Positions 1 through 12,574 of a DNA stretch of 64,000 bases are shown one piece after another (positions within the stretch are counted from its first letter, which is position 1; every line of letters starts with the position of its first letter). The position numbers and the translations under genes are program-made. Source of the DNA: Lepidodermella squamata (lineage: Eukaryota > Animalia > Gastrotricha). Below the pieces are notes generated by a model. That model ran no database searches and was not told the origin of the DNA. It worked only from the letters and a program-made list of their open reading frames with translations. Where the stretch lies: assembly GCA_047495785.1 (NCBI GenBank), contig JBLDXI010000024.1, positions 1,240,001-1,304,000 on the forward strand. Reading direction: 5' to 3'.

Positions 1-834
1 TTTTTTTTATGAATTACATTTCTTTATTTTTCAGTTCTAAAAGTTACACACGTATGGTCAAAGCAGCTTTCGCGAGAAAAATTTCTGGAAAAATTGAAAA
101 TTGAAATAATTTCAAATTTGATCCTAGTTGCAATTCGATATTCGATGTTTAAGGCGTTCCGATGTGGTGAACAAAAATGCAGACTATTATTACAATGAAC
201 GCGTCATGTTATGTAATGAATAATTGTCCGTGAGAGATCATTATAGTCAGAGGTATAGATGTACCGTGAATCACGCAGTTTTCACGTGCTTCAAGCGTGT
301 GCAGGCACGCGAGCGACCCCCAAATAAAATAGCTAGCGACCGCGTGTTTTTTGCGCGTGCTCTGACTGACTTTCATGACAAATAAAAAAAAGAGAAATCT
401 GTCACGGTATAGTATACTCTATGTTTGCCGAAATGATTCATCAGTCATAACCTACCATTCACCATTCAATTCTACGTGACTGGCTGCAAATAGGTCTTGG
501 GCTCGATTCCCAGCCGTATTCACCGACATTCAAGTTACTGTTCATGCCATTTACTTTGAATGTTCTCGAAAGAGAAATTTTACGACCCCAAGCGTAGACA
601 GCAAGTGGATCATCATGCAGGTCAGAAATATGAGGTAAAATATGGCCCTCAGGGTGCCAAATAAAATCCAAGTATTCAGCAGCAGTTGCAGCTCAGCTTT
701 TTCACTGCAGATATATATTTGCCGACGGGGACCGAGATGCTGTCAAAATAATAGTGATGATCAAAATATTACGTTATAGATTTAGTTATGCTCCATCTGG
801 GAAGACTGACGACATTATATTTTCAAAGAAATTA

Positions 835-1595
835 GAGGAGGGAGCCCTAATTTCGGCCACTTCCTAAATTCGGCCGCTGCGTCCTAACTTCGGCCATCGG
901 CCGAAATTTGGACACGAAGTGCTGTGCAGCAGTTTTATTTTCACGCAATTCAAGAAATTTGCATTTTGTTCAGCCCAGCAGTTTCATGATTTTTCTAGCA
1001 CGTGATCACAAAAAAATGTTCTAAATGCGTGCGAGCGGGCTTATGTCGCTTCTCGAGTGCTCTGTTACCGCTAATTTAATTTACCTGAAACTGGCTCTTT
1101 AAAATGTACTGCTTTCACCTCAATAATTACCAGCTTCAAGGGATTTTTTAGATATTTTTCCAGAATTTTAGAACGTCAACCGCAGTTAGACTATTAGGTA
1201 GAAAACAAGTTATCAAACATGTACCTGTCAAAACAAGTCTGAGTTTCAGGCATCACGTATCACGTCGTCAAGGATAGGCTCACAGGTGAAGCAACAAAGG
1301 CGGTTTTTATAGTCAGCTTTTTGAGACAAATCTAACGATACCAAACTTATGGTATTAGGGTACCTGCATGAGGTGGCCGAAATTAGGGCACCCCGCTTCT
1401 AATTCCGGCCGGGTGTCTGGGTGACAAAAAATCAGCGATAAATCAAGGTAAAATCGTCCGGACTTGCGGAAAGCGGCATTCGATACCCTAAGAACTCCTC
1501 TTTAATTCTGCTTTTGCCGAATATTTTCTAAAAATTTACCTGGCTGGCAAAGTAGGAAAAACCTGAAAAGCGGCCGAAATTAGGGCGGGGTGCTC
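835..1595. mobile_element. Non-autonomous TIR element (MITE, Tc1/mariner/pogo-like by its TA flanks)
   Basis: Left end GAGGAGGGAGCCCTAATTTCGGCC and right end GGCCGAAATTAGGGCGGGGTGCTC are imperfect inverted repeats, flanked by TA at 833-834 and 1596-1597. The CCTAA(A/T)TTCGGCC motif is repeated subterminally. No ORF. Confidence 0.65.
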
Positions 1596-2099
1596 TATCG
1601 ATGAATTGTATTGCATATCCCGGCCATTTCATCGTAGAATCCAGAGAAATGCTCAATCCTTATCTATCCTTACTCTCGGTGTTCCAACTGAGGAATGTCG
1701 TAGCAATGGGTGCCACGCTATATAGGAATAACAATTTCTCGGTTTTTTTCATGCGGCAATCCGACTGATTCAATTAGCTAGATGTTGCAAAGTTTTAACA
1801 CTATGAAATTTAAATTGCATTTATCAAATATTTGAAAAGCTAATCGACCGCAATAAACGAATGCTCTTTCGTTGTGAATTTTTCTAAAATATCTTACTTC
1901 AGGTCAAATAATAAGTAGTGAATTTTCTTAACATGCCGCGCCTTTTCTATCCACTTATTTGATCACCTGCTCTTAGCTATGGCTGTGAAAAAGATACAGA
2001 TTTACTACGACGCTGGTATCGCTAGCGAGTAAGGCATGAAAAAACGCAAAATTTTTCGCAATTACTTAATTACTTCTGAATCTCAGTCAGAAGCTGAAT

Positions 2100-2447
2100 A
2101 TGAAAGCGACTAAAATTATTTTAATGGTCGTTATTTCAGCGACTAGCATGATATCTGGTGCTGTTGTTGGCGGCGTAATTGGCGGCTCCATGACCCAGGA
2201 TAATGGCTGCGGAATCCCCATCGGCATAGCGGCTGGTTTATTTTCGGGTAATTTTCAAATTTCAAATTTCAAATAATAATCCGCTATTGCAGGCCATTTG
2301 ATATCTGTATCGATGTTAATTTGTTGCCGATGTTTCCTGCAACGTCAATGGTGTACTGAAGACGAGAGCGAATTCGGCAACGAGTTGCTCATCGCTGAAA
2401 ATCCTAACGCCGGGCCGGACTTTCTTAACACTCGCAATCGATTTTAA
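2100..2447 (+). CDS. Small glycine-zipper membrane protein, paralog 1 (exons 2100-2247, 2293-2447)
   Basis: Spliced ORF MKATKIILMVVISATSMISGAVVGGVIGGSMTQDNGCGIPIGIAAGLFSG|HLISVSMLICCRCFLQ...; 45-nt GT-AG intron; two paralogs in the window. Confidence 0.8.
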
Positions 2448-2840
2448 TCAAATTGCTACGATAAGTCATTTACGAGTTTTTACGGCAGTTTTTTTTAATA
2501 AAAGTTGAATGTTTCGATTTTTTGTTTTTTTTTACTTCGTTTTTTTAGCATCAAAATTCGTCTTCCCTTATTAGGCTCATTATCAGAATAGCGTGTGATA
2601 TCAGAGTTTTTTCAGCAGTTAATCAAATAGAAATTCTATTAAAAAGACGATAAAATGAGATTCGGTGGAGAGTTTGTTCCGGGGCGACTCGTCGAAACTA
2701 GCTGCAGTCGTGTATTGCACTTTCAGTGATAAAAGATAATAGTAAGAAACAAATAGTAAAATGTCGAGAGATTTAAGGATGAGTATAGGGAGAAGGCCGA
2801 TGTGTACAACTAGTACATAGATGCTAGCAAAAAGCCGTCG

Positions 2841-5284
2841 TCAAGATGCCGAGGTTGTAGCTGCTGCCGCTGCTGCCGCTTCTCTCAGCCGTTGCTTCTG
2901 CTGTTTATGAGCCAAATATTCAGATTCGTCTTCAGAATCATTACAACACAGGTAGGATGTGCATCGAGATCCGTCTGTTCGGTCTACAACGCACGCCTTG
3001 CATCGCAAAAACAGGCACTCGCAGCATAGAAAAATGCACACGGCTAATAGGTGACCTAAATAAACAAATGCAATAAAAAAATCTCACGTGAAAAAAATTC
3101 CCAGCGGATATAATATTTTTAATAAAATTGGTATGAAAATCGCTTTATTTTTTAAAATAAAAATGCCACCTTAAAAATTTTAATTTTTTTTGGGTCTAAA
3201 TAAGTGCACCACCTAAAATGAGGTTCCAGCACTAAATTTGTGAGTGCGTCCACCTAAAATGCAAACAGGCGGCACTAAATCTTCGCGCCACCTAAATAAT
3301 GAATCCAGCACTAAATAATCGGTGTGGCACTAAATAATGGCTTAAGCGCGCCGCCGAGTAATATTTAAGGCGGCTCAGTCATAATATCATCAACTGCATC
3401 ATCATCATCTCGTCATTATTATTTCTTGGTTATTATTCTGAAATGGAGGAAGTGCCCCTCTTAATCATCGATACGGCCGAAAATCTGCCGCCGCCGCAAC
3501 CAGCCAGTCGTCGACGCGGCAAGGAGCAGGTCTGGACGTGTGTTCAACAGTTTGAGGACGAGGAGGCTGCCGACGATCACGTCGCGGACACCGGCACAGC
3601 TTGGTGGTGGAATAACGGCCGCTCGTACCTCGCCAACCGCGGCATGATGCACTACTTCGACTGCTCACACCCTGGTTGCGAAAGTAAGCTCCGAAAAGTT
3701 ATTCATGCCGATTCGCTGTACGTGTCGCTGGAAGAAAACGACATCAACCATGATCATTCGCAACCATCTGCTGGTTTCATGTCACGAAAAATCTCAAGCA
3801 AGAGTATCTACCAACGATCAAAGACCCCAAGCTGCGCGATCAATTCAAGGACGACGTCTACTCCATGCAACTGTGCTGGTCGCCTGCTGTGTTCCAGGTC
3901 GTGTCTCAGTTGTTTGTCAGCAAATGGGAGGCGGTGCCGGAAGCGGCGGCGTGTTTGGCGGCTTTTAAGAAGCAGTACCTGGACAAGAACAACACGTGGT
4001 ACCAAGGCTACGCTATCGGCTCAATGGTCAACAACAACGGCCAAGAAGGCAAGAACGGCCGCATCAAGACCGATTACACCTTTCGGAGTCGTCTGCCCGT
4101 CATGCAGCTGCTTGAAGTTGCGAAAAAGATGCTCGGTCGCTGGTCGTGGGAGCGAAACAAGAAGTGCGTCAACTACAAGAAGTTCTTCACAGCGCCAACA
4201 ATCAAGGACGAAGTGTGGGAAAAGGCGCGTGTCTGGGCTCGAGATGTTGGCACCGGTCTTCGATCGCAGCCGAGCGGCAATGGAACTCTGTACGTGTGGA
4301 CGAAGCAGTCAGCTTTGGCAGAAGGTGTTGCTGCTACTGCTGCTGCTGCCGCTGTCCCAAAGGGACCCCCGCCAGCGAAGCGAGCCCGTGGTCGACCGCC
4401 GAAGCCGAATCCACCGAAGGACGAGCTGTCTCAAGCTGTCTGGGAAGCTCTCTTGGCAAGAAACAAGCCTCTAGACAAAGATGTTGGCCCTCAGGTGGCT
4501 GAAATATTCTCGAAATTCTCGTGGCCTGATTTCGACTCGTTCTCCAAGTTCAATAAGCGTTTCGGGTGAGAATTCTTTCAAGTTTTTATGGCGTATTAAT
4601 AGGTTATTTGTATTAATAGGATGGTTTTGATCGACGGTGAGCAGCAAGTGTGCAATTGCTGGAATTTTCTCAAAACTTACCACTGTTACCACGTCCTTGG
4701 TATACAGATGCGCCTGGGCGACGTTTCTTTCCCGGTCGAACTTGCCGAGCAGCTGCCGCTTGGGCCTAAAGCTAAGCGAGGCCGCAAACGAAAAGCTCAA
4801 CCCGCCCTGGTGGTCCAAGACTGAGCTATTTATTTTTAATTGTTTAATGAGCCATTCATCCGTAGCGAGTCGGATAGCTCAGCTGTAAAAGAAAGCAATG
4901 ATTTCGTAATTTTGTAAACTAATAAATGATGATCTCTTGATGGTATTCTCAGTTCTAATTAAAGCAAAATTAGGTGGTGGCTACGCATTTTTAGTGCTGG
5001 AGTTGTTGATTTAGTTGCAAATAGGATTAGTGCGAGTGACTTTCAAATTTAGTGCTGGAACCTTAAATTTAGTGCTGGAACCTTATTTTTAGTAGGTGCA
5101 GTTGGCACACCCATTTTTTTTATAATAACATTTTACCAATAAATAATCCACCAGCAATTCCGACAGGAATACCACTGCCGTCTTGAGTATTAAGAGAGGC
5201 GCCAACAAAGCCGCCGATGATGGCTCCGATAACCATGAGAGTGATTGAGATAACGGCCAAACAAGCGATGCGAATTATACGCAT
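2841..5284 (-). CDS. Small glycine-zipper membrane protein, paralog 2 (exons 5284-5137, 3055-2841); intron holds a Mutator element
   Basis: MRIIRIACLAVISITLMVIGAIIGGFVGASLNTQDGSGIPVGIAGGLFIG|HLLAVCIFLCCECLFLRC...; phase-1 intron at the same G|HL position as paralog 1. Confidence 0.8.
3192..5112 (+). mobile_element. Mutator-like (MULE) DNA transposon, internally deleted
   Basis: Imperfect TIRs (GGG...GGTTCCAGCACTAAATTT / AAATTTAGTGCTGGAACC...CCC), 9-bp TSD ATTTTTTTT at 3183-3191 and 5113-5121, transposase remnant inside. Confidence 0.9.
3443..4824 (+). pseudogene. Truncated MULE transposase (N-terminal C2H2 Zn finger, CxxH, NNxxE, AT-hook, SWIM)
   Basis: CSHPGC...HDH finger in the first frame. 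A frame change near 3765 leads straight into ICWFHV (CxxH), NNNGQEG, KRARGRPPK and, after a short intron near 4566-4619, SWIM CNCWNFLKTYHCYH. The region carrying the first two catalytic Asp is missing. Confidence 0.85.
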
Positions 5285-7067
5285 TTCGTGTTATTCGAGA
5301 AAAAAATTTATATTTTCAAAAAAATCGCTTCTTGGCTGCCGTGACATCGGCTAGCCAGGACAAACATAGCCATGAAAAGAACCGTCAGGTCAAATCGTCA
5401 AAATTTTGAGTAAAAAAAGATTTATGCATATCTAGAAGGTAACGAAAAGAAAGAATCGATTAACAAATAACAAACAAGCCGCAAGTGTGAATAAACTTAA
5501 TTTGGCAAAGTTTTTCGCGTTCCAATTACGCGCGGATTTTAAAGTAGAATGTGCGCGCGCGCGAAAAAAATCGAATCGCTTGAAAAAAATGAGCGCGCAC
5601 AGGCGCTATTTAATAGCCATGTCCTCCACGACCAAGGCAACTAGGCCAGATCGCAATATAAAAAATTATATTTCATTTGTGTATTGTGTTCGCGCGCGCC
5701 CTACAAATATTATCATTATTACTATTATTATTATGACAGTGCGCGCGCGCATCCTTCATAAATACTGTGTATAGCCAAATAATATATCGGCATCTCATCC
5801 ACCATACCGTTTTTTTGCGCTTTATCGCTAATATATATGTGTGGAGAGTGATCAACACTACGCCGGGGCCCTAAGGATATGTGTCTGACTTTTTCAGGCG
5901 ATGCGGTGCGTCAAGGAAAAAACAAAACATGATCGCAAGTGAATGGCCGAGAATTTTAACCGAGCGAAAAAAGACACAGGCGGCCTGATTAGCGGCGGCG
6001 GCAGTGCAGTAAAAATTAACAAGTTGAAAACAAAACTGTCTTCTGCTAATACTTAATAGCGACGTAGCTACATTTTAGCTTAATAGCACATGTCTTATGC
6101 GCATCACGCCGCGAATCAATCGCCAAAGCTCCATTGAGAGCGCAGTAAAAATTGCGCCGATGTTGAATAGCCTCCTATTCACAACGCGCCCGAAAAAACT
6201 GGGTACATGCCGCTCCCGGTGGCGAACATGTCTTTCTCTAGTAAGTGCGAGATAACACATGTTTTCTCGCTGTGAATATATAGGCGTCAAACAACTCGGT
6301 AATTCAGTAATCAATAGGCCAGTTTTTTCTGCTGTGAAGACGGCCCCTTTCTTTATAGATGACTGATGAATAATGAATATCGCTTTTATCTGTTGAAGTT
6401 ATTATTAGCCGCCAGCTATTACCATTAACAGCTATTCCGGCAAATTGCACCAGCGAGCGCCAAGTGGCGAGGCCCCAAAACAAAGCCTATTAAGCTGCCG
6501 GAAGAAGAGATAAATACATGGATATGTCTATACATAGAATAAATGGTAATATTATCGTAACACCCTTAAACCCAATGGCGATGGTTTATATAAAAATAGA
6601 AAAACTTGGGCGCCACGAGAGCATTTTGAGGATTTTATTGATTACAGCCTGTGTTTATGCTGATTGCTGATCGAAGCTTAGCATTATTTATATCATTTCC
6701 GTTGTAAGAAGAAATATTTAAAATAAAAGCCCGGCTTTGTAAATTAGGATTCTAGGAGGTTGCCGCGGATTAGCGAAACAAGAAAAATTCCTCTCCAGAA
6801 AATACATCAGGAAGCGGCTTTTTTACACTAATAATCGTTTCTCGATTCATGTGAAAGGGATTGACGACTGGTGACAGGAAACAGAAATTCAAGACTTGGA
6901 ACCGATGCTTCACAAACCGGGTCAAAATATTAGAAAAACAAAACCGATGAAACACGTAACATGAAACCGACATGATAGAGCATTGTGCCCTAAATTAGGC
7001 CACTTTCCAGATTTTTCAAACTTTTGCGAGCCAAGTGAATTTTTCAATAACCATATGAGTGTAATTA

Positions 7068-7219
7068 ACGCGACAAAACAGCACATTTTTTTAACTTGCG
7101 ACATAACTGCAGAAAGACGATGCATCATGGTAAATTTTCGCTGTTTTGTCGCGAAATTACAAATTTGCTGTTATGTCGCATTCGCTCTTCTGCGTACTTG
7201 CTGTTTTGTCGTCGTACCC
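7068..7219. repeat. Dispersed repeat with internal inverted GCGACAAAACAGC units (copy 1)
   Basis: Clearly similar to 30964-31120; GCGACAAAACAGC and GCTGTTTTGTCGC occur in opposite orientations. Confidence 0.7.
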
Positions 7220-7691
7220 ATAAGTCGACAAAATTCGGCAACGCTCATGACTTTTTGTAACCTATTTGTTTCATAAATAATTGCTTTTCTTCAGTGATTC
7301 AGTAATTCAGTATTCAGCCGAATTCAGTAAATTTTGTAAGCCTTTGGATAACGCTGAGGTAGCCGTTTTTCCAGAAAGAGTTGAGAGTTGGTCAAAACAC
7401 GTCAATTATCTGACAGGCTTACCTGCATCAAAAGATCACGAAAAAATACTAAGATGTCCAAGGCAAACAGGGCAAAGACAATAAAACAAACACGAAGTTT
7501 CTAGGCTATAGCGTTGCCTCGTTTTTTTTTCTCGCCAAATCAGGCAAAAAACCTGAAAAATAATGTAAACAGACGCAATAAACACCTAAAGAAAGCTCAG
7601 AAACCCACGTGATGGCTTGTTGGCACCGGCACAGACTTCTATTTTGGTTTGCAAAATCAAAAAGAAGATGTAAACAACCGCATTGACAGCC

Positions 7692-7698
7692 TATAAAT
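7692..7698 (+). promoter_or_regulatory. TATA box of the propeptide gene
   Basis: CTATAAATA about 90 nt upstream of ATG 7783; AATAAA at 8390-8395 downstream of the stop. Confidence 0.5.
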
Positions 7699-7782
7699 AC
7701 CGAATTGTTTCATGGAATAGACATCACTCCTCGAGAAACAAGTTAGAATTTCAAACTTTTCTTCTACAACTCGTATCCAGCC

Positions 7783-8250
7783 ATGAAAATCATTCTGGTA
7801 TCAATCTGCCTGTCCGCCGTGATCGTCACTGCTTTCGCAAGAGCTGTCGAATTAAGTGAATCCGGAGCCAAGCGAGTAGCCAGAGCTGCCGAATCCGGAG
7901 CCAAGCGAGTCGAGAGAGCTGCCGAATTGAGTGAATCCGGAGCCAAGCGAGTAGCCAGAGCTGCCGAATCCGGAGCCAAGCGAGTAGCCAGAGCTGCCGA
8001 ATCCGGAGCCAAGCGAGTCGAAAGAGCTGCCGAATTGAGTGAATCCGGAGCCAAGCGAGTAGCCAGAGCTGCCGAATCCGGAGCCAAGCGAGTCGAAAGA
8101 GCTGCCGAATTGAGTGAATCCGGAGCCAAGCGAGTAGCCCGAGCTGCCGAATCCGGAGCCAAGCGAGTCGAAAGAGCTGCCGAATTGAGTGAATCCGGAG
8201 CCAAGCGAGTAGCCAGAGCTGCCGAATCCGGAGCCAAGCGAGTTGCATGA
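7783..8250 (+). CDS. Secreted multi-copy propeptide (neuropeptide-type) precursor
   Basis: Signal peptide MKIILVSICLSAVIVTAFA followed by 11 peptide copies (AVELSESGA x1, AAELSESGA x4, AAESGA x6), each followed by KR and separated by VAR/VER. Confidence 0.8.
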   Translation: MKIILVSICLSAVIVTAFARAVELSESGAKRVARAAESGAKRVERAAELSESGAKRVARAAESGAKRVARAAESGAKRVERAAELSESGAKRVARAAESGAKRVERAAELSESGAKRVARAAESGAKRVERAAELSESGAKRVARAAESGAKRVA

Positions 8251-8549
8251 TCCGTGGATAAAACCTCAGGACCAACTGGAAATTCTGGTTCAATATGAAA
8301 CTCGATTAAAAAAGACAGTACTTTCAACGCAAAATTAACTTCAAAATTTTCTCATTCGATTTTCAAAATGCCTTTTGTAATTTGATTACAATAAAATTAT
8401 ATAATGCAGTTTCCGTTTTTTTTCTGGATATTTCTTGCGTTGATGTGTTCAAGTTTCGGTGCTTAAACCTCTTTGAAACATAGCATTTTGGTATCAGACA
8501 TTATCAATAGGCTTATGAGTCAACTATTCCCATGATTGATGGTCGAACA

Positions 8550-8827
8550 GAGTCATGAAAAAAGCTCAAAATTTCGGTGGGAAAGTAAACAATGAAGTTG
8601 ATTTTTCTTCGTTTGATTTTTTGAAATCAAAGCTGGTTCTCTGAAGTTTGTTGATGGTATCTAGAAGAATCATAATTTCACGAAAAATAGTAACCATCTT
8701 GTCCCTCTCAAAATTCTCTTTCTGCTTCATCAACAAAATTGAGAGTGCTGATAAAACGAAATCGATGGAAGAAAAATCAACTTCTTCGTTGACTTTCCCA
8801 CCGAAACTTTGAGCTTTTTCATGACCC
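8550..8827. mobile_element. MITE-like inverted-repeat element
   Basis: About 65-bp inverted arms GTCATGAAAAAAGCTCAAAATTTCGGTGGGAAAGT... / ...ACTTTCCCACCGAAACTTTGAGCTTTTTCATGAC; no clear TSD. Confidence 0.6.
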
Positions 8828-10073
8828 AGCGACCCATGCTGTTCCGCTATTTTCTCGTGAGTAGTCGGTCTATCTTAAATTATGTCTATGTGACATGCTA
8901 ACAGTGGATCCATTTAATTTCCTGTGACCGAGACTAAATCTCGTGTAAGCAGAACCTTTTTTCAGAGCTTCCAGAGATATTGTTGTAGACAATCCGTGCC
9001 ATACGCAGTGTTCACATTAGAAACCACTCGTTGCCTCCAATTCATTTTTGCACATCAACATTTTGACTATTGTTCCGCAAGATGCAAATTGGGTTCCGCC
9101 AAGAGATATTCTGGATGATATCGGAGCCTCGCCGTGAAATTTTATTTTGCCTGGACACGCTCGGGTAACTAAATAGAGTTGTACTTCTTCCAGCCGTACA
9201 CTTTCTTGGAAAATAGAGAGTGGACACCGATGAAGTCCGAATATATTATAAACTTCCATGTGGCGCGTACCAGAGCGAGCACTGACATATATTCTTTCCA
9301 ACATACACCAGCGATGAGATTTCACGCCCAGTCATTAAATCAGACCCTATTCGTCAAAGCATGTATGAATCAATCACGGTTCAGAATGGCATTTTCAGAC
9401 TCAGGAGAACGGCCCATCAAAATGGTAATAATTTTGTTGTTGTTATTGTGATTTGTTATTGTAAAATCAGGATGGACGTCGAAATCAATGTTTCAAACTT
9501 TGATGCCGGAGAAATTATTTTCTAGTGCTGAAAAAAGTTTCTCCAAAAAGAGCAGAATTTCACTCAAATTAAACAAATTAAACGTCAAGTTATTATTTCA
9601 AACAATCAGCGTCCTATTTATTAGAAATTATTTGAGAGGAAATCACTGTCTCGACGCCACGCGTGATAAGCCAATGGTTTGTTTTCTTGGCGTTATTGAG
9701 GCTATTTCCGAATTGTGGACAATAGCTATTGAAATTTCAACGCACGCATCGAGAATAATGAGCTTTTTTAAATTCTACCCCTGAAATACGCAACTTTTTA
9801 TTCGTCTGGTTTTGAGCTATCACGTGATATTTTTCGCGCACGCGTAATTACGAATAAATTTTACGCACGCGGTCATTAGCAGGTAATAGTAAAATTTAAG
9901 TGAATGTACTCTGCGTAGGCGAGTACCTCCACAGACATTTTCCAATTAACACCATCCAAATCCACCATCCTAGTCCAAACATGCGATATGTACTTTAATC
10001 AGGAAGCTCTTGATTGCGCGCATAACATATTTCTTCCATTTTCGCCATTAAATTGTTTTTTAGTACCGAAGAT

Positions 10074-10427
10074 ATGGCAGAAATTATTTTACAAACTTTA
10101 GTCGTAATTTTGTCTCTGATAGCGTGTGGCCTATGCCAAAGGCAGGTCAGCGGCGGCGGTTCAGCAGCATCGCACTGGATGAGAAGTGGCGGCTCTTCGA
10201 TGAATGCAGTTCCCAATCAACCGCCGACACTAACTTTCGAAAATCAACGACAATTGGCGAACAAAATCAACGATCTTTCGAGCATTTTGTGCATTCAGTG
10301 CTTCAAGGGGCAAACCGATCGCCTGCTTCGCTGCCTCGGTCAGGCTTCGGTGGCAGGCCGCGTGACGGCAATAAAACAAAGATGTCCTCAGGCGAGGAGA
10401 CTGGCTCACTTTATTCAATCAGGCTGA
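10074..10427 (+). CDS. Secreted 4-Cys family member 1 (intronless)
   Basis: Signal peptide MAEIILQTLVVILSLIACGLC; motif LCIQCFKGQTDRLLRCLGQASVAGRVTAIKQRC. Confidence 0.85.
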   Translation: MAEIILQTLVVILSLIACGLCQRQVSGGGSAASHWMRSGGSSMNAVPNQPPTLTFENQRQLANKINDLSSILCIQCFKGQTDRLLRCLGQASVAGRVTAIKQRCPQARRLAHFIQSG

Positions 10428-11716
10428 TTATATCAAATACCTTTATTCAAAAGTTCGATCTCAAAATAAAAAAAATCGAAGATAAAATCTCATTGAAACC
10501 ACGTTTTGAATTTGATGGGCTCATAACTCAGGGAAAGTCTTTGTTGACCGAGTTCGGAAGACCTTGAGGACTTTCAAGTCATTGTAACTAGTTTGCTCGC
10601 AATCAGGATGTCGCCAAGAATTATCGTTGAGGCTGACAAGCGCGCGGTACAACTTTCGTACAAGATTAGCAGCGGGATATGCTATCCCAACAGTTTTGAT
10701 TGCGATGACTTCCTCTCTGCTAGGACTGGAGAACTCGGGAAAAAGAGTTTCCAGTGAAGCTTATGAAAGTGAGAATGCCTCAATCATCAACGTGGCCTCC
10801 TGAGATTATGGAGAGTCCCAACAGTTTTTTTTTACAAAATAAGAGATTACTTGAGAAAAATCCAGCACTACTGGAATGACTATTTATGAAGCTTTTGCTC
10901 CGGTTTCTGAATTCAGTTGCAGTAAAGTCTAAAACAAGCATTTTTTAGTGGCTTTTAGCGCCCAGGGTATATAGTACAACTGAGTGACGACGTCTCGATG
11001 AGATCATCGAATAAAGTTATGTAGTACCGTTGTTGGATTAAAGTTTGCTTACGTCACTCTTAAGGTGATAGGTTATAGAAGTGAAAAGGGGCTGTTCCAG
11101 TGAATGTAGAATGTAGCGGCAAACCTTTCACTTTAGAGTTAATCAACACGACGCTAACGATTAATTTGATGAGCTCATTCTTAGCATGAGTGTAAGAGCA
11201 CCGACACCCTGACGATTCCGGCCTTAAAACTAGACAATTAAAGCGAGCGATTTAGAGTCTGCGAAAGCGAGGCGAACGCCTAACTCATGACATCATTTCA
11301 TTACTGAAATCGACTCATACCTGAACTGTTGCGACATTGACGGGCGCTTCTTTTCATATAATAGGTGGGCGAAAGCTTTAAACAGTCTATTTAGTCACTC
11401 GTCACGTCGCTGAGAACTTATAGTTTGATGTCCCGTTATTAGGATCAATTTGCTTGTTTAATTCCGGGAAATGCCGACAGCCATGGAAATATGACTTGAT
11501 GTAATTTTGTCACTCCAGGTATTCTGATACCCCTTTGAGGGGTAGGAAAGGTGCCTCTTCGAACGATAACTCAGTGTACTACTTCGACTTGTATCGCCCG
11601 CTTGAGAATAATCAAATTCAAATGCCAATAACAAGTCATCAATAGTCAGCATCTTCTATTAAAGATAGAAATATATCAAGTTCAGAATTCTGTTATGACA
11701 ATTCCTCTCTTTAAAA

Positions 11717-11992
11717 ATGAAGATAACATCTTTACTGCTTGCATCCACCCTAATCGTATCTTCGAACTCCGTGACCGCGAGGAGAGCGTCGAATTCGAAT
11801 CCAACTCTGGCTACTTTGAGCAAGATTGATAACCTCGCCCATCGAGTCGACGAGATGACGAAGGATCTTTGCGTCGCATGCTTCAAAGGACACAATCATG
11901 ACTTATTAAAATGTCTTGCCTTCGACTCGGTCTCCAACCGAATCAGAAGGATACGACAACGATGCGATCAATTTGTGTTAAACCGTTATTGA
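11717..11992 (+). CDS. Secreted 4-Cys family member 2 (intronless)
   Basis: Signal peptide MKITSLLLASTLIVSSNSVTA; motif LCVACFKGHNHDLLKCLAFDSVSNRIRRIRQRC. Confidence 0.85.
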   Translation: MKITSLLLASTLIVSSNSVTARRASNSNPTLATLSKIDNLAHRVDEMTKDLCVACFKGHNHDLLKCLAFDSVSNRIRRIRQRCDQFVLNRY

Positions 11993-12118
11993 TCTAGCAA
12001 AGCTTATTTCTGAAATGTTCAAATTGTTTAATAAACAATGAGGCATGTTATACACTGCCACAGTATATACCACATCATTAAGCAAATCGGTGGGAGAAGC
12101 AGGTGGGTAATACTTTTA

Positions 12119-12574
12119 TCATAGCATAGCAGCTTCGGAGTAGTGCTTCCAAAACAAACTGTGAACGTTATAATTAGGACAAGCATCACGAATAAGTTTC
12201 AGTCTTGAAAAAATTCTAGTTTCCTTTGTACATTGCGTGGAAATCGCACTGTTTGTCTGAAAGAAATGCGTTAAGGAGGATTATTTTAAACGAAATCCTT
12301 TTACCAAGAAACAGGATGCGCATAGATTTTTCGATAGAGAGTCGACTCGCTTAGCTAGGACGCGGATAATCTTGATTTGATTTGGCAGCTTTTGAGTGGC
12401 GGTAATAGGACTTGTAAGCTCTTTCAGCTTATCCGTAGAGTCTACTATCATCCGAGCCAGGACGTCCTGTTCAAACCGGTGTTGGTCTTCTTTCTTGCCA
12501 ACCCCATGGATAGAGACTGCATTCACAGAAAGAGCACATATACTGATAACAAAGCAGTATGATTCAGCACGCAT
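12119..12574 (-). CDS. Secreted 4-Cys family member 3 (exons 12574-12305, 12256-12119)
   Basis: Signal peptide; spliced motif LCASCFL|TNSAISTQCTKETRIFSRLKLIRDACP; 48-nt GT-AG intron. Confidence 0.8.

Noticed and set aside
3443-4474. 343-aa ORF as an intact protein
   Set aside because: After about residue 108 it runs out of the transposase frame; the conserved MULE motifs continue in another frame.
7764-8327. Long antisense ORFs over the propeptide repeats
   Set aside because: By-product of stop-free tandem repeats; only the + frame has a signal peptide, TATA box and polyA signal.
8924-9784. Several short ORFs
   Set aside because: No motifs, mostly non-ATG starts, no coherent exon chain.
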